From Candidatus Thorarchaeota archaeon (GTDB lineage: Archaea; Asgardarchaeota; Thorarchaeia; Thorarchaeales; Thorarchaeaceae): a stretch of 25,328 bases of DNA. Positions 24,390 to 25,328 of the stretch are shown one piece after another (position 1 is the first letter of the stretch; each line of letters starts with the position of its first letter). Where the stretch lies: contig JBHLQM010000018.1 of the NCBI GenBank assembly GCA_048884785.1, forward strand, positions 1-25,328, given 5' to 3'. The translations under genes and the position numbers were made by a program. Under the pieces are notes generated by a model, which had not been told where the DNA came from, searched no databases, and was given only the letters and a program-made list of their open reading frames with translations.

Positions 24390-25328
24390 CTAGTATTTGA
24401 TGCCAAGCTTCTTGGAGAGTTTGCTAAGCATGTCCTCAACCATTGATGGTAAATCATAGTCAGGACTCCAGCCCCATTCCTCTCGAGCTGCACTGTCATC
24501 AAGGGATGCTGGCCATGACTCAGCAATGTGCTGTCTGAAGTCTGGTTCATATGCTATCTCAAACTCAGGGATATGTTTCTTAATTTCAGCAGCAATCTCT
24601 TCAGGTGCAAATGACATCGCAGTGATATTATAGCTACGATGGATGAGCTTCTCTATCGGTGCCTCAATGAGGTCGATGGTACACTTGATACAATCAGGCA
24701 TATACATCATAGGCAAGTATGTTCCCATATCTAGGAACGAAGTGTATCTCTTGTTCTTGAGAGCCTCATAGAAGATCTCAACGGCATAATCAGTAGTTCC
24801 ACCGCCAGGCATCGTTTCAGAGCTGATAATTCCGGGGTACCTCAGTGAACGGAAATCAAGTCCGTATCTCTTCACATAGTACTCTCCCCAAAGCTCGATG
24901 AACACCTTGGAAACGCCATACGCAGTTGTTGGACGCATAATGACATCATTTGGTGTGTTTTCTCTTGGGGTGTTTGGACCAAATGCTGCAATCGAACTTG
25001 GAATCATGACTTGGTCTAGGTTCAGATTGCGAACCACCTCTAGGACATTATAGGCACCAATAATGTTGGTTTCGAAGGCGAGCTGCGGATTCTTCTCACC
25101 AGTGCCAGACAGGAGTGAGGCATTATGAATTATGATATCAATATCTTGGTCGACTAGCATCGTCTGTAGCTGATTCGTATCCATGATGTCTAGGTGCTGA
25201 TAGGGTCCATCTTTTGTGAGGATCTCTGGAGGTTTCTTTCTCCCGGTTGCAATAACATTGGAACCCCCATATTTCTTCCTAAGCGCACCAATGAGTTCAG
25301 TACCGATTTGTCCGTAACTGCCTGTTAC
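24390..25328 (-). CDS. tdh: L-threonine 3-dehydrogenase, SDR/epimerase-like type; 5'-truncated by the window edge
   Basis: The frame is open to 25328 (VTGSYGQIGTEL...YG..NVIAT). Motifs LLSGTGEKNP, PSSIAAFG, PTTAYGVSK, RYPGIIS, GGGTTDYAV, LPMMYMPD, RQ.IA.SWP are typical of SDR-type ThrDH. Confidence 0.88.
   Translation of the reverse strand, partial: VTGSYGQIGTELIGALRKKYGGSNVIATGRKKPPEILTKDGPYQHLDIMDTNQLQTMLVDQDIDIIIHNASLLSGTGEKNPQLAFETNIIGAYNVLEVVRNLNLDQVMIPSSIAAFGPNTPRENTPNDVIMRPTTAYGVSKVFIELWGEYYVKRYGLDFRSLRYPGIISSETMPGGGTTDYAVEIFYEALKNKRYTSFLDMGTYLPMMYMPDCIKCTIDLIEAPIEKLIHRSYNITAMSFAPEEIAAEIKKHIPEFEIAYEPDFRQHIAESWPASLDDSAAREEWGWSPDYDLPSMVEDMLSKLSKKLGIKY

Noticed and set aside
340-24550. 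The many 60-170 aa antisense or nested ORFs in the track
   Set aside because: They overlap well-supported genes and show no recognisable motifs.
1-25328. Genome-wide TAG recoding
   Set aside because: TAG ends several complete genes at their expected C-termini (GTPase, both permuted SBPs, epimerase, tdh).
1-25328. CRISPR array, IS/transposase, integrase or prophage
   Set aside because: No regularly spaced direct repeats or mobile-element motifs seen. The only long repeat is the SBP paralog pair.

Overview
Gene-dense archaeal chromosomal window, most consistent with an Asgard archaeon and probably Thorarchaeota. This is inferred from an archaeal-type ThrRS with an N-terminal editing domain, a stand-alone Rab/Ras-like small GTPase, C-terminally anchored family-5 solute-binding proteins with ~90-aa Ig-like repeats, and TATA-type promoters. 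About 20 CDSs encode amino-acid and acyl-CoA catabolism (thrS, threonine dehydratase, SDR-type threonine dehydrogenase, lysine/saccharopine dehydrogenase family, 3-hydroxyacyl-CoA dehydrogenase, crotonase), redox enzymes, GNATs and cell-surface proteins. I found no rRNA, tRNA, CRISPR array or mobile element. Main leads: (1) Two orphan peptide-binding-protein paralogs are circularly permuted relative to a canonical copy in the same window, share a membrane anchor and aromatic C-terminal tail, and flank the small GTPase. (2) An unannotated intergenic module at 14657-14916 has a strong TATA box, a ~80-nt stem-closed U-tailed RNA, and a 30-35 aa membrane peptide whose start-codon region is complementary to the RNA 3' end. 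(3) The HCD and crotonase genes are in frame, separated by a single TAG. (4) A membrane-anchored DUF4185 (GH183-like) protein. All calls come from reading motifs by eye; no searches were run.
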